Positions 1 through 9,563 are shown, numbered from the stretch's first letter. The stretch is DNA of 20,000 nucleotides from an uncultured virus (IMG/VR IMGVR_UViG_3300022602_000071) (IMGVR_UViG_3300022602_000071), one strand, 5' to 3'. Numbers and translations: made by a program. Notes: a model not told the origin generated them from the sequence alone.

Positions 1-1
1 A

Positions 2-487
2 GGAGCACCACCAGCACCAGCAGCCCCTCCGCTAGCAGCACCAGCACCGGCAGCGCCACCGGTAGCAGAAAGTAAAGCAAAAGCTGGAATGATTAAAGCA
101 ATACACAATGCTAAAAAAGCTGGTGCAAAATTAGATACGAAAATTGATTTTGGCCACAAAGAAATGACTTTGCATGATTGCATTGAAGAGTGCGGTATGG
201 ATCCAAAAGATTTTGGTTTTGACAGCCATTCTGAAGAAAACGGAGTTCAACAAATACTTAAAAGCATTGCAGGATTTTGGAATAAAGAAGCTAAAAACTT
301 CACTATAGGTGGAACTCGTGCTAAAATTAGTGTGATAAAAGATTTCAAGAACGGAGATTTTGGCAATGCTACAGAAGAAGATCTTAAGCATGTAATACAA
401 CTTATAGATCGTGCTGATCCAAGTGAACAATACAATGAATCTGATGAATTATCAAGTATACTTAAAATAGCGGGAGTTAAAAAATGA
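2..487 (+). CDS. 3' part of a Pro/Ala-rich phage protein, probably virion/head-associated (5'-truncated by the window)
   Basis: The frame of ORF 89..487 is open back to position 2 (GAPPAPAAPPLAAPAPAAPPVAESKAKAGM...). Ends NESDELSSILKIAGVKK; the stop overlaps the next ATG (ATGA). Confidence 0.7.
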   Translation, partial: GAPPAPAAPPLAAPAPAAPPVAESKAKAGMIKAIHNAKKAGAKLDTKIDFGHKEMTLHDCIEECGMDPKDFGFDSHSEENGVQQILKSIAGFWNKEAKNFTIGGTRAKISVIKDFKNGDFGNATEEDLKHVIQLIDRADPSEQYNESDELSSILKIAGVKK

Positions 488-1293
488 AACGTATAGATGA
501 AAACCAATTAGCGGCTCGTGTTGCCGGACTAAGAGAAAAGATAGCCGAAATTGAAAGCCAACAAAACGAAGGCGTGTGGGACGCTATCAAAGGTGCTGGC
601 CAAAAAGTTGCCGGATGGATGGGTCAACATCCGATGGCAACAGCTGGAGGTGCAGCAGCCGCAGGCGCAGCAGGAACAGCAGCGGCTATGGGTGCTGGAG
701 GTAAACCAGCACCTACAGCTCCAAAGTCAGATCCGGCTGTTATGAAACAACAACAAGATTTAATTGCAAAAGGTGCAAAAATTAAAGCTGATGGTATTAT
801 GGGACCGGCTACACAAGCAGCTATTAAACAATTTGGCGGCGCAGGACCGGCACCTACTGGCACAACTGCACCAGCGGCAACACCCGCACCGTCTGCACCT
901 GCAGGAGATGCTGCGAAAAATCCAGTTGGCACTACAAATGCTTCAACCGCAATTCCGACAGGTGGTTTAGAAAATCCAGCTAATCAAGCAAAACCTACCC
1001 CTGCACCTGCGGCGGCACCTGCTGGCGCACCTGCAAATGTTACAGCACAAGGTTCTGAATTTGGAACAGATGCTACATTTGCCAAACCAGATGCTGCACC
1101 TGCAGCTGCACCAGCAAAAAGCGAAGCTGAAAAAGCTGACGATGCACAATATGCGGCAGCCGACGCTCAAAATCAAGCGAATGCGGTAAAAGCAACCCAA
1201 GAAATGCCAGCCGGGCCAGCAGCAATGGGCGAAAGTACTAGCTTCCGTAATGACGAATTGACTAGAATTGTTAATTTGGTACACTATCGTTGA
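484..1293 (+). CDS. Ala/Pro-rich protein with a peptidoglycan-binding (PG_binding_1-like) domain
   Basis: 269 aa. The segment DPAVMKQQQDLIAKGAKIKADGIMGPATQAAIKQF matches the V..LQ..L...G...DG.GP.T..A...F pattern, flanked by low-complexity linkers. Confidence 0.7.
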   Translation: MKRIDENQLAARVAGLREKIAEIESQQNEGVWDAIKGAGQKVAGWMGQHPMATAGGAAAAGAAGTAAAMGAGGKPAPTAPKSDPAVMKQQQDLIAKGAKIKADGIMGPATQAAIKQFGGAGPAPTGTTAPAATPAPSAPAGDAAKNPVGTTNASTAIPTGGLENPANQAKPTPAPAAAPAGAPANVTAQGSEFGTDATFAKPDAAPAAAPAKSEAEKADDAQYAAADAQNQANAVKATQEMPAGPAAMGESTSFRNDELTRIVNLVHYR

Positions 1294-1329
1294 TTGAGTA
1301 AACAACTCACATTTCCAGCAAGATTTCTC

Positions 1330-1358
1330 TTGCAAACATAAATAAAAGTGCGTATAAT
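1330..1358 (+). promoter_or_regulatory. Sigma70-type promoter for the SSB gene, with an ATAAATA late-like box in its spacer
   Basis: TTGCAA (1330-1335), 17-bp spacer, TATAAT (1353-1358); ATAAATA at 1338-1344. Confidence 0.7.
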
Positions 1359-1437
1359 AACTTATATGCACTTTTTGTTTTAGTAGGTACTAAAACATAC
1401 AGGCAAAAAAACTAAGGCTATTAATAGGAGAACAATT

Positions 1438-2415
1438 ATGGCAACATTAGCTGAAATACGGGCAAAACTAAAAGCATCTGAACAAAAAGGTTCAGGAGAA
1501 AGAACAGGCGGAGATAAATCAATTTATCCGTTCTGGAACTTAAAAGAAGGCGGAGAATCTACACTTAGATTTTTACCAGATGGTAACTCCGACAACACCT
1601 TTTTCTGGGTTGAGAGAGCAATGATCAAATTGCCTTTCTCAGGCATTAAAGGTGAATCCGAAAGCAAAAACATCACAGTACAAGTACCATGCGTTGAAAT
1701 GTATGGTGACACTTGCCCAATTTTATCAGAAGTGCGTGGTTGGTTTAAAGACCCTGCGTTGGAAGATATGGGTCGTAAGTACTGGAAAAAGCGTTCTTAC
1801 ATTTTCCAAGGTTTCGTTGTAGAAGACGGACTGGGTGAAAAGAGTGAAGAGCAACCAGAAAATCCAATTCGCCGTTTCATTATTGGACCTCAAATCTTTA
1901 CATCAATTCGTGCGGCATTAGTCGATCCAGAATTGGAAGATTTGCCAACTGACTATGTGCATGGTTTAGACTATCGCATGAAGAAAGGTAGCAAGGGCGG
2001 TTATGCTGACTACTCAACATCTAGTTGGGCACGACGCGAGCGTCCACTAAGCGATGCTGAAAATGCGGCTATTCAACAATATGGCTTGTTTAATTTAACT
2101 GATTTCTTACCTAAGAAGCCAGGCGAAGTTGAATTGAAAGTTATGAAAGAAATGTTTGAAGCAAGTGTTGATGGAGAACCGTATGACATGGATCGTTGGG
2201 GACAATATTTCAAACCAGCAGGTATGAGTCAAAATACTGGCGATCCTAACAAAGCAACTCCTAAAGCATCTGCTACAGTAGATGACATCGACGAAGATGA
2301 AGCACCAGCACCAGTAGCTAAGTCTGCTCCAGCACCAAAAGCTGAAGCAAGCGCCGGTGGCGATAGTCGTGCCCAAGATATCTTGGCAATGATTCGTAAT
2401 CGTCAAAAAGCATAA
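1438..2415 (+). CDS. Single-stranded DNA-binding protein, T4 gp32-like
   Basis: 325 aa; LRFLP, CPI and YWKKRSY motifs, Y-D-x-S type motif (YADYSTS), acidic/Ala-rich tail; SD AGGAGA; lies directly upstream of UvsX. Confidence 0.85.
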   Translation: MATLAEIRAKLKASEQKGSGERTGGDKSIYPFWNLKEGGESTLRFLPDGNSDNTFFWVERAMIKLPFSGIKGESESKNITVQVPCVEMYGDTCPILSEVRGWFKDPALEDMGRKYWKKRSYIFQGFVVEDGLGEKSEEQPENPIRRFIIGPQIFTSIRAALVDPELEDLPTDYVHGLDYRMKKGSKGGYADYSTSSWARRERPLSDAENAAIQQYGLFNLTDFLPKKPGEVELKVMKEMFEASVDGEPYDMDRWGQYFKPAGMSQNTGDPNKATPKASATVDDIDEDEAPAPVAKSAPAPKAEASAGGDSRAQDILAMIRNRQKA

Positions 2416-2423
2416 AGCACACG

Positions 2424-2467
2424 GCTCGGGCCACTGCAACTTAGTTGTACGCCCGGGTTATCTTTTT
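2424..2467 (+). terminator. Stem-loop with T-tract after the SSB gene (terminator or processing site)
   Basis: Outer stem GCTCGGGC/GCCCGGGT, inner stem TGCAAC-TTA-GTTGTA, followed by TATCTTTTT. Confidence 0.55.
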
Positions 2468-2481
2468 AGGAGAATTAATTT

Positions 2482-3537
2482 ATGGCCACAAAAGCCTTCG
2501 ATCTATCGAAATTTAGAAAGACCTTGACTAAGAGTATTGACGGTCTAGGTATTGGGTTTAACGACCCAACTGATTGGGTAAGCACAGGTAACTTTGCTTT
2601 GAACTATCTAATCAGTGGTGACTTTAACAAAGGTATTCCTTTGGGCAAGGTTACAGTATTTGCTGGCGAGTCGGGCGCTGGTAAGTCATATATTTGTTCT
2701 GGTAACATTGTTAAGAACGCACAAGAGCAAGGCATTTATGTTATTCTTGTAGACAGTGAAAATGCATTAGATGAAAAATGGTTACATGCATTAGGTGTAG
2801 ATACTAGTGAAGAAAAACTTCTCAAGTTGAACATGGCTATGATTGATGATGTGGCGAAAACAATCCACGAATTCATGACAGAATACAAAGCCATGGAACA
2901 ACGCCCTAAGGTATTGTTTGTTATAGACAGTTTGGGTATGTTGCTTACCCCTACTGATATTAATCAATTTGAAGCAGGCGACCTTAAAGGTGATATGGGT
3001 AGAAAGCCTAAAGCACTTACAGCGTTGGTTCGTAATTGTGTTAATATGTTTGGTAATTACAATGTAGGTATGGTTTGTACAAATCACACATACGCAAGCC
3101 AAGACATGTTCGATCCAGACGACAAGATTTCAGGCGGACAAGGATTTGTTTACGCAAGTTCTATTGTAGTTGCTATGAAGAAATTGAAGTTGAAAGAAGA
3201 CGAAGACGGTAACAAGGTTTCAGAAGTCAACGGTATTCGTGCCGCCTGTAAGATTATGAAAACTCGTTACGCAAAACCTTTTGAGACATTACAAATTAAG
3301 ATTCCATACGAAACAGGTATGAATCCTTATAGTGGGCTAGTTGACTTGTGCGAAAAAGCCGGCCTGCTAAAACAAGAAGGCAACAGACTAAAGTGGGTTG
3401 ATCCCGAGACAGGCGAGGAATTCAAATTCTACCGAAAAGAATGGAAAGATGATAAATTAGATATGTTAATGAGTAAATTTCATATCAAACCGTTAACAAC
3501 AACCATTCCAGAGGAGATAGAAGAGAATGTTGAATGA
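2482..3537 (+). CDS. uvsX: RecA-family recombinase (UvsX-like)
   Basis: 351 aa; Walker A GESGAGKS, VDSENA, FVIDSLG, NHTY and SGGQG motifs; SD AGGAGA. Confidence 0.93.
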   Translation: MATKAFDLSKFRKTLTKSIDGLGIGFNDPTDWVSTGNFALNYLISGDFNKGIPLGKVTVFAGESGAGKSYICSGNIVKNAQEQGIYVILVDSENALDEKWLHALGVDTSEEKLLKLNMAMIDDVAKTIHEFMTEYKAMEQRPKVLFVIDSLGMLLTPTDINQFEAGDLKGDMGRKPKALTALVRNCVNMFGNYNVGMVCTNHTYASQDMFDPDDKISGGQGFVYASSIVVAMKKLKLKEDEDGNKVSEVNGIRAACKIMKTRYAKPFETLQIKIPYETGMNPYSGLVDLCEKAGLLKQEGNRLKWVDPETGEEFKFYRKEWKDDKLDMLMSKFHIKPLTTTIPEEIEENVE

Positions 3538-3766
3538 AACGCAAGTAGGCGATATTTGGTTAAATTTTGTCGAGTACATCGATAAGAAACAATTGGAAAC
3601 TGTAGCAGAACGCTATGTTGATCTATTAGCAGATTTTGGAATATCCGATAAAGTATTCAAAGAAGCCTTAGGTGTAGATGAAACACTGGATCAAGCCATT
3701 GGGTATTATCTTAATGATGATGAAGATATCGAAGACGATGAAGATTACGGCGAGTTGGAGTTTTAA
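3527..3766 (+). CDS. Small acidic hypothetical phage protein
   Basis: 79 aa; overlaps the uvsX end and is coupled to the next gene (TAATG); Asp/Glu-rich tail. Confidence 0.75.
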   Translation: MLNETQVGDIWLNFVEYIDKKQLETVAERYVDLLADFGISDKVFKEALGVDETLDQAIGYYLNDDEDIEDDEDYGELEF

Positions 3767-4221
3767 TGGGTTGGTATTCTAAGGTTGCTAAAGATATAAG
3801 TAACATTCCTGATGCGGCTGATTTTTTTAATACAGAACTAATTGAAGCCAAAAAAGAATGTGTTATTGCAGGCAATGTTGAACGAGTTGCAGCAGCAATG
3901 CCTGGAGTCGTTGAACATCGATTCTCACAGTTACAAGAAATTGAAGCAATTTTAGAATATCTTAATATTGAACTTCGAAGATTAAAAAGTCAACATTTTC
4001 GAAAATATCTTGAAAATTATCAACGTGCATTAAGTAGCAAAGATTGTGAACGATATGTTGAAGGTGAAGCAGATGTAGTCGACTTTGAAAAGATTATTAA
4101 TGAATTTGCTTTGATCAGAAACAAATGGTTAGGTATTACTAAGGCACTAGATCAGAAACAATGGCAAATTACTAACATTGTAAAATTAAGAGTTGCCGGT
4201 ATGGAAGATGCAAGCGTGTAA
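3766..4221 (+). CDS. uvsY: Recombination mediator, UvsY-like
   Basis: 151 aa, predicted helical. Size, the Y-x-E-x-D region, the C-terminal KQWQITNIVKLRVAG, and the position between uvsX and uvsW are all consistent. Confidence 0.7.
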   Translation: MGWYSKVAKDISNIPDAADFFNTELIEAKKECVIAGNVERVAAAMPGVVEHRFSQLQEIEAILEYLNIELRRLKSQHFRKYLENYQRALSSKDCERYVEGEADVVDFEKIINEFALIRNKWLGITKALDQKQWQITNIVKLRVAGMEDASV

Positions 4222-4244
4222 TCAATTCGCCCAAAAGCAAGATC

Positions 4245-4277
4245 ATAGGCCTTAAATAATATAGGGCCTATTTTTTT
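4245..4277 (+). terminator. Rho-independent terminator
   Basis: ATAGGCCT...GGGCCTAT stem followed by a T-run. Confidence 0.7.
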
Positions 4278-4285
4278 CTAAGAGG

Positions 4286-4314
4286 TTGCTTTTTATTATC
4301 AGTTAATATATACT
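4286..4314 (+). promoter_or_regulatory. Sigma70-type promoter, probably giving a leaderless mRNA
   Basis: TTGCTT (4286-4291), 17 bp, TATACT (4309-4314); ATG at 4321 with no SD. Confidence 0.6.
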
Positions 4315-4320
4315 TACATT

Positions 4321-5505
4321 ATGACAACAATAGATAATTTATTAATAAAAATTGTGAATCATGCTTCACCGGCAATTGAAGAACAAATACCCCAGAGAGA
4401 TTCTAAAATACTTAGAAGTATTGCTAGTTCAATAAATTCACATATCTATATAACAGAAAATCAAAGTAAATTACTAATAAAAATACTTCGTGAACACGAA
4501 AACAAAATTACGGATTTTTCACAACAAATTCAATCAGCTTTGACTAATTTGTCGTGGGCCAAACCATTCAGGCGCATTGAACAAGTAAAAAAATTACAAA
4601 TTAAAAAAAACGAAGAGCATGAATCTATTCTTTGTATAGAAATAACTTTTTCTCATGAAATTCGTCAAATTTTAACAAATTTGTCAAAGTCTATTCCTGA
4701 CATGATAGCATATAACACAAAAAATTGGCAGTGCGAGCTGACTGAGAAAAATATTGTAACCTTATACGATACATTTGCTCCGTTGAATTTTGAAATTGAC
4801 GAAGATATAAAAAACTATTACACTACGATAAAATCTTGGTCAAAATCAGATATTGAAAATCAATTTTTGATTACAAACATAGAACATAAAAATTTTCAAA
4901 AGGCTATAACTGACGATCTAGGGTTGTCAACGACTATTAATCAAAATATTATTAATGATCGTAGTATGAGGTATCAATATCATCAAGATCCTAAAAATTT
5001 AGGAGAAGATTTAACTGAAAATATAGCCAACAGATCTAAACCACGAATATGGATTGATAAAAAACAACATACAATGACAGCTGTTGTAGCAAGCATTATT
5101 GAACTAAAAAGGTTGCCTTTATTGATTGTATTTGACACATTAGTCAATAACAAGTACTTAGAAAATCTCAAAATTTTGTCAAAATCTTTGGAAGAAAATG
5201 GAATTTTTGACGGCGTTGGAGTTTACTTTAGATTGCCGAACGATGAGATGGGCAAGCAGTTTAATACTTTTATCGCAGAAAAATCATATAACTATCAACT
5301 ATGCGATGATACCAATGTGGCATGTGTAATGAGTGGAAAATTACCAAAGTTTTTTTTAAGAAATGCTTGGAAACCAATGAGTGTGATTGCTCTAGATAGT
5401 CGAATGGGTATGCGTCACGGCAAAACTGCTGTATACTCTAATTGTTGTGATTTAATCATAGAATGGGCCGACGAACCTAGTACAATGGACATTAAATTAA
5501 AATGA
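4321..5505 (+). CDS. Hypothetical phage protein, translationally coupled to uvsW
   Basis: 394-aa ORF with ATGA overlap to the helicase; no motif recognised. Confidence 0.8.
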   Translation: MTTIDNLLIKIVNHASPAIEEQIPQRDSKILRSIASSINSHIYITENQSKLLIKILREHENKITDFSQQIQSALTNLSWAKPFRRIEQVKKLQIKKNEEHESILCIEITFSHEIRQILTNLSKSIPDMIAYNTKNWQCELTEKNIVTLYDTFAPLNFEIDEDIKNYYTTIKSWSKSDIENQFLITNIEHKNFQKAITDDLGLSTTINQNIINDRSMRYQYHQDPKNLGEDLTENIANRSKPRIWIDKKQHTMTAVVASIIELKRLPLLIVFDTLVNNKYLENLKILSKSLEENGIFDGVGVYFRLPNDEMGKQFNTFIAEKSYNYQLCDDTNVACVMSGKLPKFFLRNAWKPMSVIALDSRMGMRHGKTAVYSNCCDLIIEWADEPSTMDIKLK

Positions 5506-6968
5506 CAGTAAAATTAATCATTAGAGATGAAGTCAATATTAAGTTTGAAGGGCTAAGTTTAGAAGCCCGTAAAAAACTGTCTAATACTTTTAAGTATGTT
5601 GATCCAACAGCCAGATACCGCCCTGCTTACAAATTAGGTCGATGGGACGGAAAAGTCAGCATGTTTGGGCTAGGTGGTAATGGGTATCTCAGCCAACTAG
5701 AAAAATGTATACAAATACTATCCGATATGGATATTGATATTGACGAATTAGAAGATTTACGCACAACTAAGAAAATTTCTTTCGAACCGGTAACAGAAAC
5801 ATATTGGGCAGATCAAGGTAAAGTGTGGCCAAAAGGGCATCAACAAGAAGGCAAACCCATTATGTTGCGTGACTATCAAGTCGAAGCAATTAATAGATTT
5901 TTTGAAAACACACAGAGTCTTCAAGAAATTGCAACAGGCGCAGGTAAAACAATTACTACAGCAACACTAAGTCATTGTGCCGAAAAATACGGAAGAACTA
6001 TTACTATTGTTCCTAATAAAAGTCTTGTTGAACAAACAGAAGAAGATTTCATCAATGTAGGGTTAAATGTAGGCGTATACTATGGTGACCGAAAAGATTT
6101 AAACAAAACACATACAATTTGTACTTGGCAAAGTCTTAATATTTTAGATAAGAAAAGTAAAAATCACGAATACGATATTGTATCGTTAGCTGAATTTTTA
6201 GATGGTGTTAGAACTGTTATTGTGGATGAAGTTCATATGGCAAAGGCCGATGTACTTAAAAATTTACTCACACAAAACTTGTGTAACGCACCTATCCGCT
6301 GGGGTTTAACTGGTACCATTCCTAAAGGAGATTTCGAAGCAGAGCCTATTTTTGCTAGTCTTGGCCCAGTTGTCGGCGGAATTAAAGCACACGAACTACA
6401 AGAAATGGGTGTGCTATCGGCATGCCATGTTAATGTAATACAGATGATAGATTTACCAGAGTTCAAGACATATCAAGAAGAATTAAAGTATCTTGTTACT
6501 GAAGAAAACAGGATGATATATATCAGTAATTTAATTAAAAAAATATCACAATCAGGCAATACACTAGTTCTAGTTAATAGAATAGATTCAGGCAAATTTT
6601 TAGTAAATGAAATACCAGATTCAGTTTTTATATCAGGATCAGTTAAAACCACTGATAGAAAAGAAGAATATGATGAGATTAAAACAAGCGATAATAAAGT
6701 AATTGTTGCAACATTTGGTGTTGCAGCCGTGGGAATCAATATTCCCCGTATTTTTAATTTGATTTTATTGGAACCGGGAAAATCATTTGTTAGAGTTATA
6801 CAAAGTATAGGCAGAGGCATCCGTAAGGCAGAAGATAAAGATTTTGTACAAATCTGGGATTTAACCAGTACTTGTAAGTGGGCAAAACGCCACCTTACAG
6901 AAAGAAAGAAATTTTATAAGGAAGCCAAATATCCATTTACTTTAGATAAAGTGGATTGGTCTAAATAA
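5502..6968 (+). CDS. uvsW: SF2 DNA helicase, UvsW-like
   Basis: 488 aa; WDG motif, LRDYQ (Q motif), ATGAGKT, DEVH, GLTGT, GINIP, QSIGRGIR. Confidence 0.92.
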   Translation: MTVKLIIRDEVNIKFEGLSLEARKKLSNTFKYVDPTARYRPAYKLGRWDGKVSMFGLGGNGYLSQLEKCIQILSDMDIDIDELEDLRTTKKISFEPVTETYWADQGKVWPKGHQQEGKPIMLRDYQVEAINRFFENTQSLQEIATGAGKTITTATLSHCAEKYGRTITIVPNKSLVEQTEEDFINVGLNVGVYYGDRKDLNKTHTICTWQSLNILDKKSKNHEYDIVSLAEFLDGVRTVIVDEVHMAKADVLKNLLTQNLCNAPIRWGLTGTIPKGDFEAEPIFASLGPVVGGIKAHELQEMGVLSACHVNVIQMIDLPEFKTYQEELKYLVTEENRMIYISNLIKKISQSGNTLVLVNRIDSGKFLVNEIPDSVFISGSVKTTDRKEEYDEIKTSDNKVIVATFGVAAVGINIPRIFNLILLEPGKSFVRVIQSIGRGIRKAEDKDFVQIWDLTSTCKWAKRHLTERKKFYKEAKYPFTLDKVDWSK

Positions 6969-6974
6969 GGAATT

Positions 6975-7481
6975 ATGCAAATATTAACTTTAGATAATGT
7001 AATGTTCTCTTTGAACAATTTACCCGAGGAGGTGGACGAAAATACCAGATTCGCTGTATTAGACAATAGTAACCCTCAAGAACCCGATTTTTTCTTTATG
7101 CCATTAATATTTTTAGAAAGTTTTAATGCACCGGCAATTGTATTACAGATCGGTGACGATGAAGTTACTATGCCAATTGATTGGAGTATAGCTGTTGGAG
7201 ATAGTTCAAGTAGTTGTGATATTGAAATATTGCCGTTGACTAGCTTAAATGACCGAGGGTTTGAAGCCTTATGTTTTAATCCGCTGAGCAGTTTCAGGGT
7301 AGAATTTAAACCTATAAAAATATTGAATTTTTACAATGATGTCAAATGGTATTTTCCAAAAATGAAAAATGGTCAACTATTGGCTACTCCAACAAGAGCC
7401 GGGCATAAACCTGACTGTGTTTATTTTGTTAAAGAAATATCTCGACAAAACGAATTAATTCAATTGGATAAAATATTATGA
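6975..7481 (+). CDS. Hypothetical beta-rich protein (possible degenerate Hint-like fold)
   Basis: 168 aa with SD AAGGA. The fold suggestion is by pattern only. Confidence 0.75.
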   Translation: MQILTLDNVMFSLNNLPEEVDENTRFAVLDNSNPQEPDFFFMPLIFLESFNAPAIVLQIGDDEVTMPIDWSIAVGDSSSSCDIEILPLTSLNDRGFEALCFNPLSSFRVEFKPIKILNFYNDVKWYFPKMKNGQLLATPTRAGHKPDCVYFVKEISRQNELIQLDKIL

Positions 7482-8122
7482 GTTTAAAAATAGCCTACTT
7501 CCAACCAACTATAATTTGTATCGATAATGTGCCTCCTGTAGAATTCAGCAAGATTTATAACCTTGCAGATGCATTACATCAAAATGAAAATATAAATGAT
7601 GCAGGCGATCCATCGATCAGTATTCGAGGCGGACATCAAATACAAGTATATCCAAATGATAAAAATCTTGATGTAACATGGTTAATAAAATATATCGAAA
7701 CTATATGCCGCGGATATATGGAAATTGTGTCTCAACAGTCAGGCACAACGGATCTATCATTGTGCGATATTTTAGTAACTAGTATATGGACTATTAGGCA
7801 ATTTTCCGGAGATTATCAAGAAATGCATACACATCCTGCCGGAAGTTTAAGCGGAAATATCTATATTACCGCACCAGAATTGGCATTAAATAGCCAACCT
7901 AGTGACAGTCAAATTTTATTTAGATTGCCTTATACGCGAGATGTTAATCGTTTTGTTATGACAGATACTTGGAAATACGATCCTACACCTGGTACGGTAT
8001 TGGTATTTCCAAGCCATATTCCGCATACTGTTTATCCGTGGAAAGGTAATGGAAACAGAACTGTTATGGCGTTTGATGCAAGACTTGTGCCTAAAGAGGA
8101 AACTTTGAATGGGAACCCTTAA
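7478..8122 (+). CDS. Putative 2OG-Fe(II) oxygenase (phage HxH type)
   Basis: 214 aa; MHTHP..SLSGNIYI, VFPSHIPHTVYP and RTVMAFD motifs of the double-stranded beta-helix fold. Confidence 0.85.
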   Translation: MSLKIAYFQPTIICIDNVPPVEFSKIYNLADALHQNENINDAGDPSISIRGGHQIQVYPNDKNLDVTWLIKYIETICRGYMEIVSQQSGTTDLSLCDILVTSIWTIRQFSGDYQEMHTHPAGSLSGNIYITAPELALNSQPSDSQILFRLPYTRDVNRFVMTDTWKYDPTPGTVLVFPSHIPHTVYPWKGNGNRTVMAFDARLVPKEETLNGNP

Positions 8123-8399
8123 ACCTGGTGCTAAGTACATTTATGAAAAAGCAGATGGTGTAACCTATGCTAGAGAATTCGGGGACGCTAACAGAACTCC
8201 AATTGGGTGGGATTATGATCCTGTGAATGGACACAAACGTGATAGTAGAACTCCCGACGGGCGACCGCTACATGATTATCTAGCAGAAGCACAACTATGG
8301 GGTAACATTTGGCGAGAAGCGCAAACCAATCCCACTTTACAAAAAGCTCTAGATCGTGCTATAATGATATACAAACTAAGCAAAGAAAAATATGAGTGA
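8109..8399 (+). CDS. Hypothetical phage protein
   Basis: 96 aa, SD GAGGA, overlaps both neighbours; begins YIYEKADGVTYAREFG. Confidence 0.75.
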   Translation: MGTLKPGAKYIYEKADGVTYAREFGDANRTPIGWDYDPVNGHKRDSRTPDGRPLHDYLAEAQLWGNIWREAQTNPTLQKALDRAIMIYKLSKEKYE

Positions 8400-8871
8400 T
8401 AAAATCGAGCTAAAAGAAAAGATAGCATTTGTAGATTTAAATGTTCGTGCGGCGTGGGACGAAATGACCGCCGAACAACAAAAAAGTCTCAAAAAAGAAT
8501 TCTTTATTTTAAATCGATACATCAGTAGTGCAGAAGGACAATCAAGAGAAATTCAAGAACATTTTGTACTTACAGTTAACGAATATTTTAATAAAAATTG
8601 GAATGACTTGCAAAAACATCCTAAATTATTATGGTTGCTGCTGTGTATGTGTAGTTATAATGGAGAAAAAACATTTTACCATAACTGGCTTGGCACTAAG
8701 AAAAGGACAGGAACAGGCGGCAAAAAAATAAAGTTTCTAGAAGAAATTTATCCCAATCGTAAAAAAGAAGACCTAAAACTACTAGCCGAAATAAACACGG
8801 ATAAAGAAATTAAAGAATTAGCCCGTAAATATGGTATGGATGAATCTACTATTGCTGAAAAATTAAAATGA
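8392..8871 (+). CDS. Probable clamp-loader small subunit (T4 gp62-like)
   Basis: 159 aa; the FILNRYIS...VNEYFN...W..K...L..IY pattern resembles the gp62 family; replication-cluster context. Confidence 0.5.
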   Translation: MSDKIELKEKIAFVDLNVRAAWDEMTAEQQKSLKKEFFILNRYISSAEGQSREIQEHFVLTVNEYFNKNWNDLQKHPKLLWLLLCMCSYNGEKTFYHNWLGTKKRTGTGGKKIKFLEEIYPNRKKEDLKLLAEINTDKEIKELARKYGMDESTIAEKLK

Positions 8872-9563
8872 TGTCGTTAATTTCTCAACCTTATAGTTGT
8901 GGTCATTGTGGTAAAGTTTTCATGCAGGAAAAAACTTTATTTGTGCATGTTTGTGAACAGAAAAGACGACATATAGCAAAAAATGAAAAACATGTTGTAC
9001 TAGCATTTGATACTTTTCAAAGATTTTATAAGCGAGCACAACCTAATAGTAAGCAGGAAAAAACTTATGAAGATTTTTGTAAAAGCAGTTATTATAATGC
9101 TTTTGTTAAGTTTGGCAGCTTTGTCAGTAATGTTAATCCTCTCTACCCGGAAAAGTTTATCGACTATGTTGTTTGCTCCGGCGTCAAACTCGATCACTGG
9201 TGCAGAGACGAACTCTACATCCAATATGTCGTCGACCTTATCAAAAGAGAAACAGTCGAAACCGCACTCCAAAGATCGATCCAAACAATGATGTCCTGGG
9301 CGGATTTACACAATGCTCAATGGAATCATTATTTTTTATATGTTAGTCTAAGTCGTGCATGCTATGATATTAAAGATGGAAAAATAAGTCCTTGGCTAGT
9401 TTTAAATTCAGTTAATGGCAAATCGATGCTACAAAAATTCAGCGATGATCAATTAGGGCATATACAAAATATTATCGATCCCCAATTCTGGGTTAACAAG
9501 TTTAAAAAATTACCAGCAGATGTTCAATTAGTAAAAGATGTTGTTAAAGAGTCCAATATATAA
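8868..9563 (+). CDS. Hypothetical protein with an N-terminal zinc finger
   Basis: 231 aa; YSCGHCGKVFMQEKTLFVHVC is C-x2-C-x12-H-x-C with C2H2-like F and L positions; coupled at both ends. Confidence 0.75.
   Translation: MMSLISQPYSCGHCGKVFMQEKTLFVHVCEQKRRHIAKNEKHVVLAFDTFQRFYKRAQPNSKQEKTYEDFCKSSYYNAFVKFGSFVSNVNPLYPEKFIDYVVCSGVKLDHWCRDELYIQYVVDLIKRETVETALQRSIQTMMSWADLHNAQWNHYFLYVSLSRACYDIKDGKISPWLVLNSVNGKSMLQKFSDDQLGHIQNIIDPQFWVNKFKKLPADVQLVKDVVKESNI

Noticed and set aside
1..1120. GCACCA/GCAGCA-type short repeats
   Set aside because: Explained by Ala/Pro codons in protein linkers; not a DNA repeat array.
131..3102. Antisense and alternate-frame ORFs over the first genes (e.g. 131..430, 624..932, 967..1371, 2107..2439, 2791..3102)
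   Set aside because: They are shadows of well-supported + strand genes, with no motifs or RBS.
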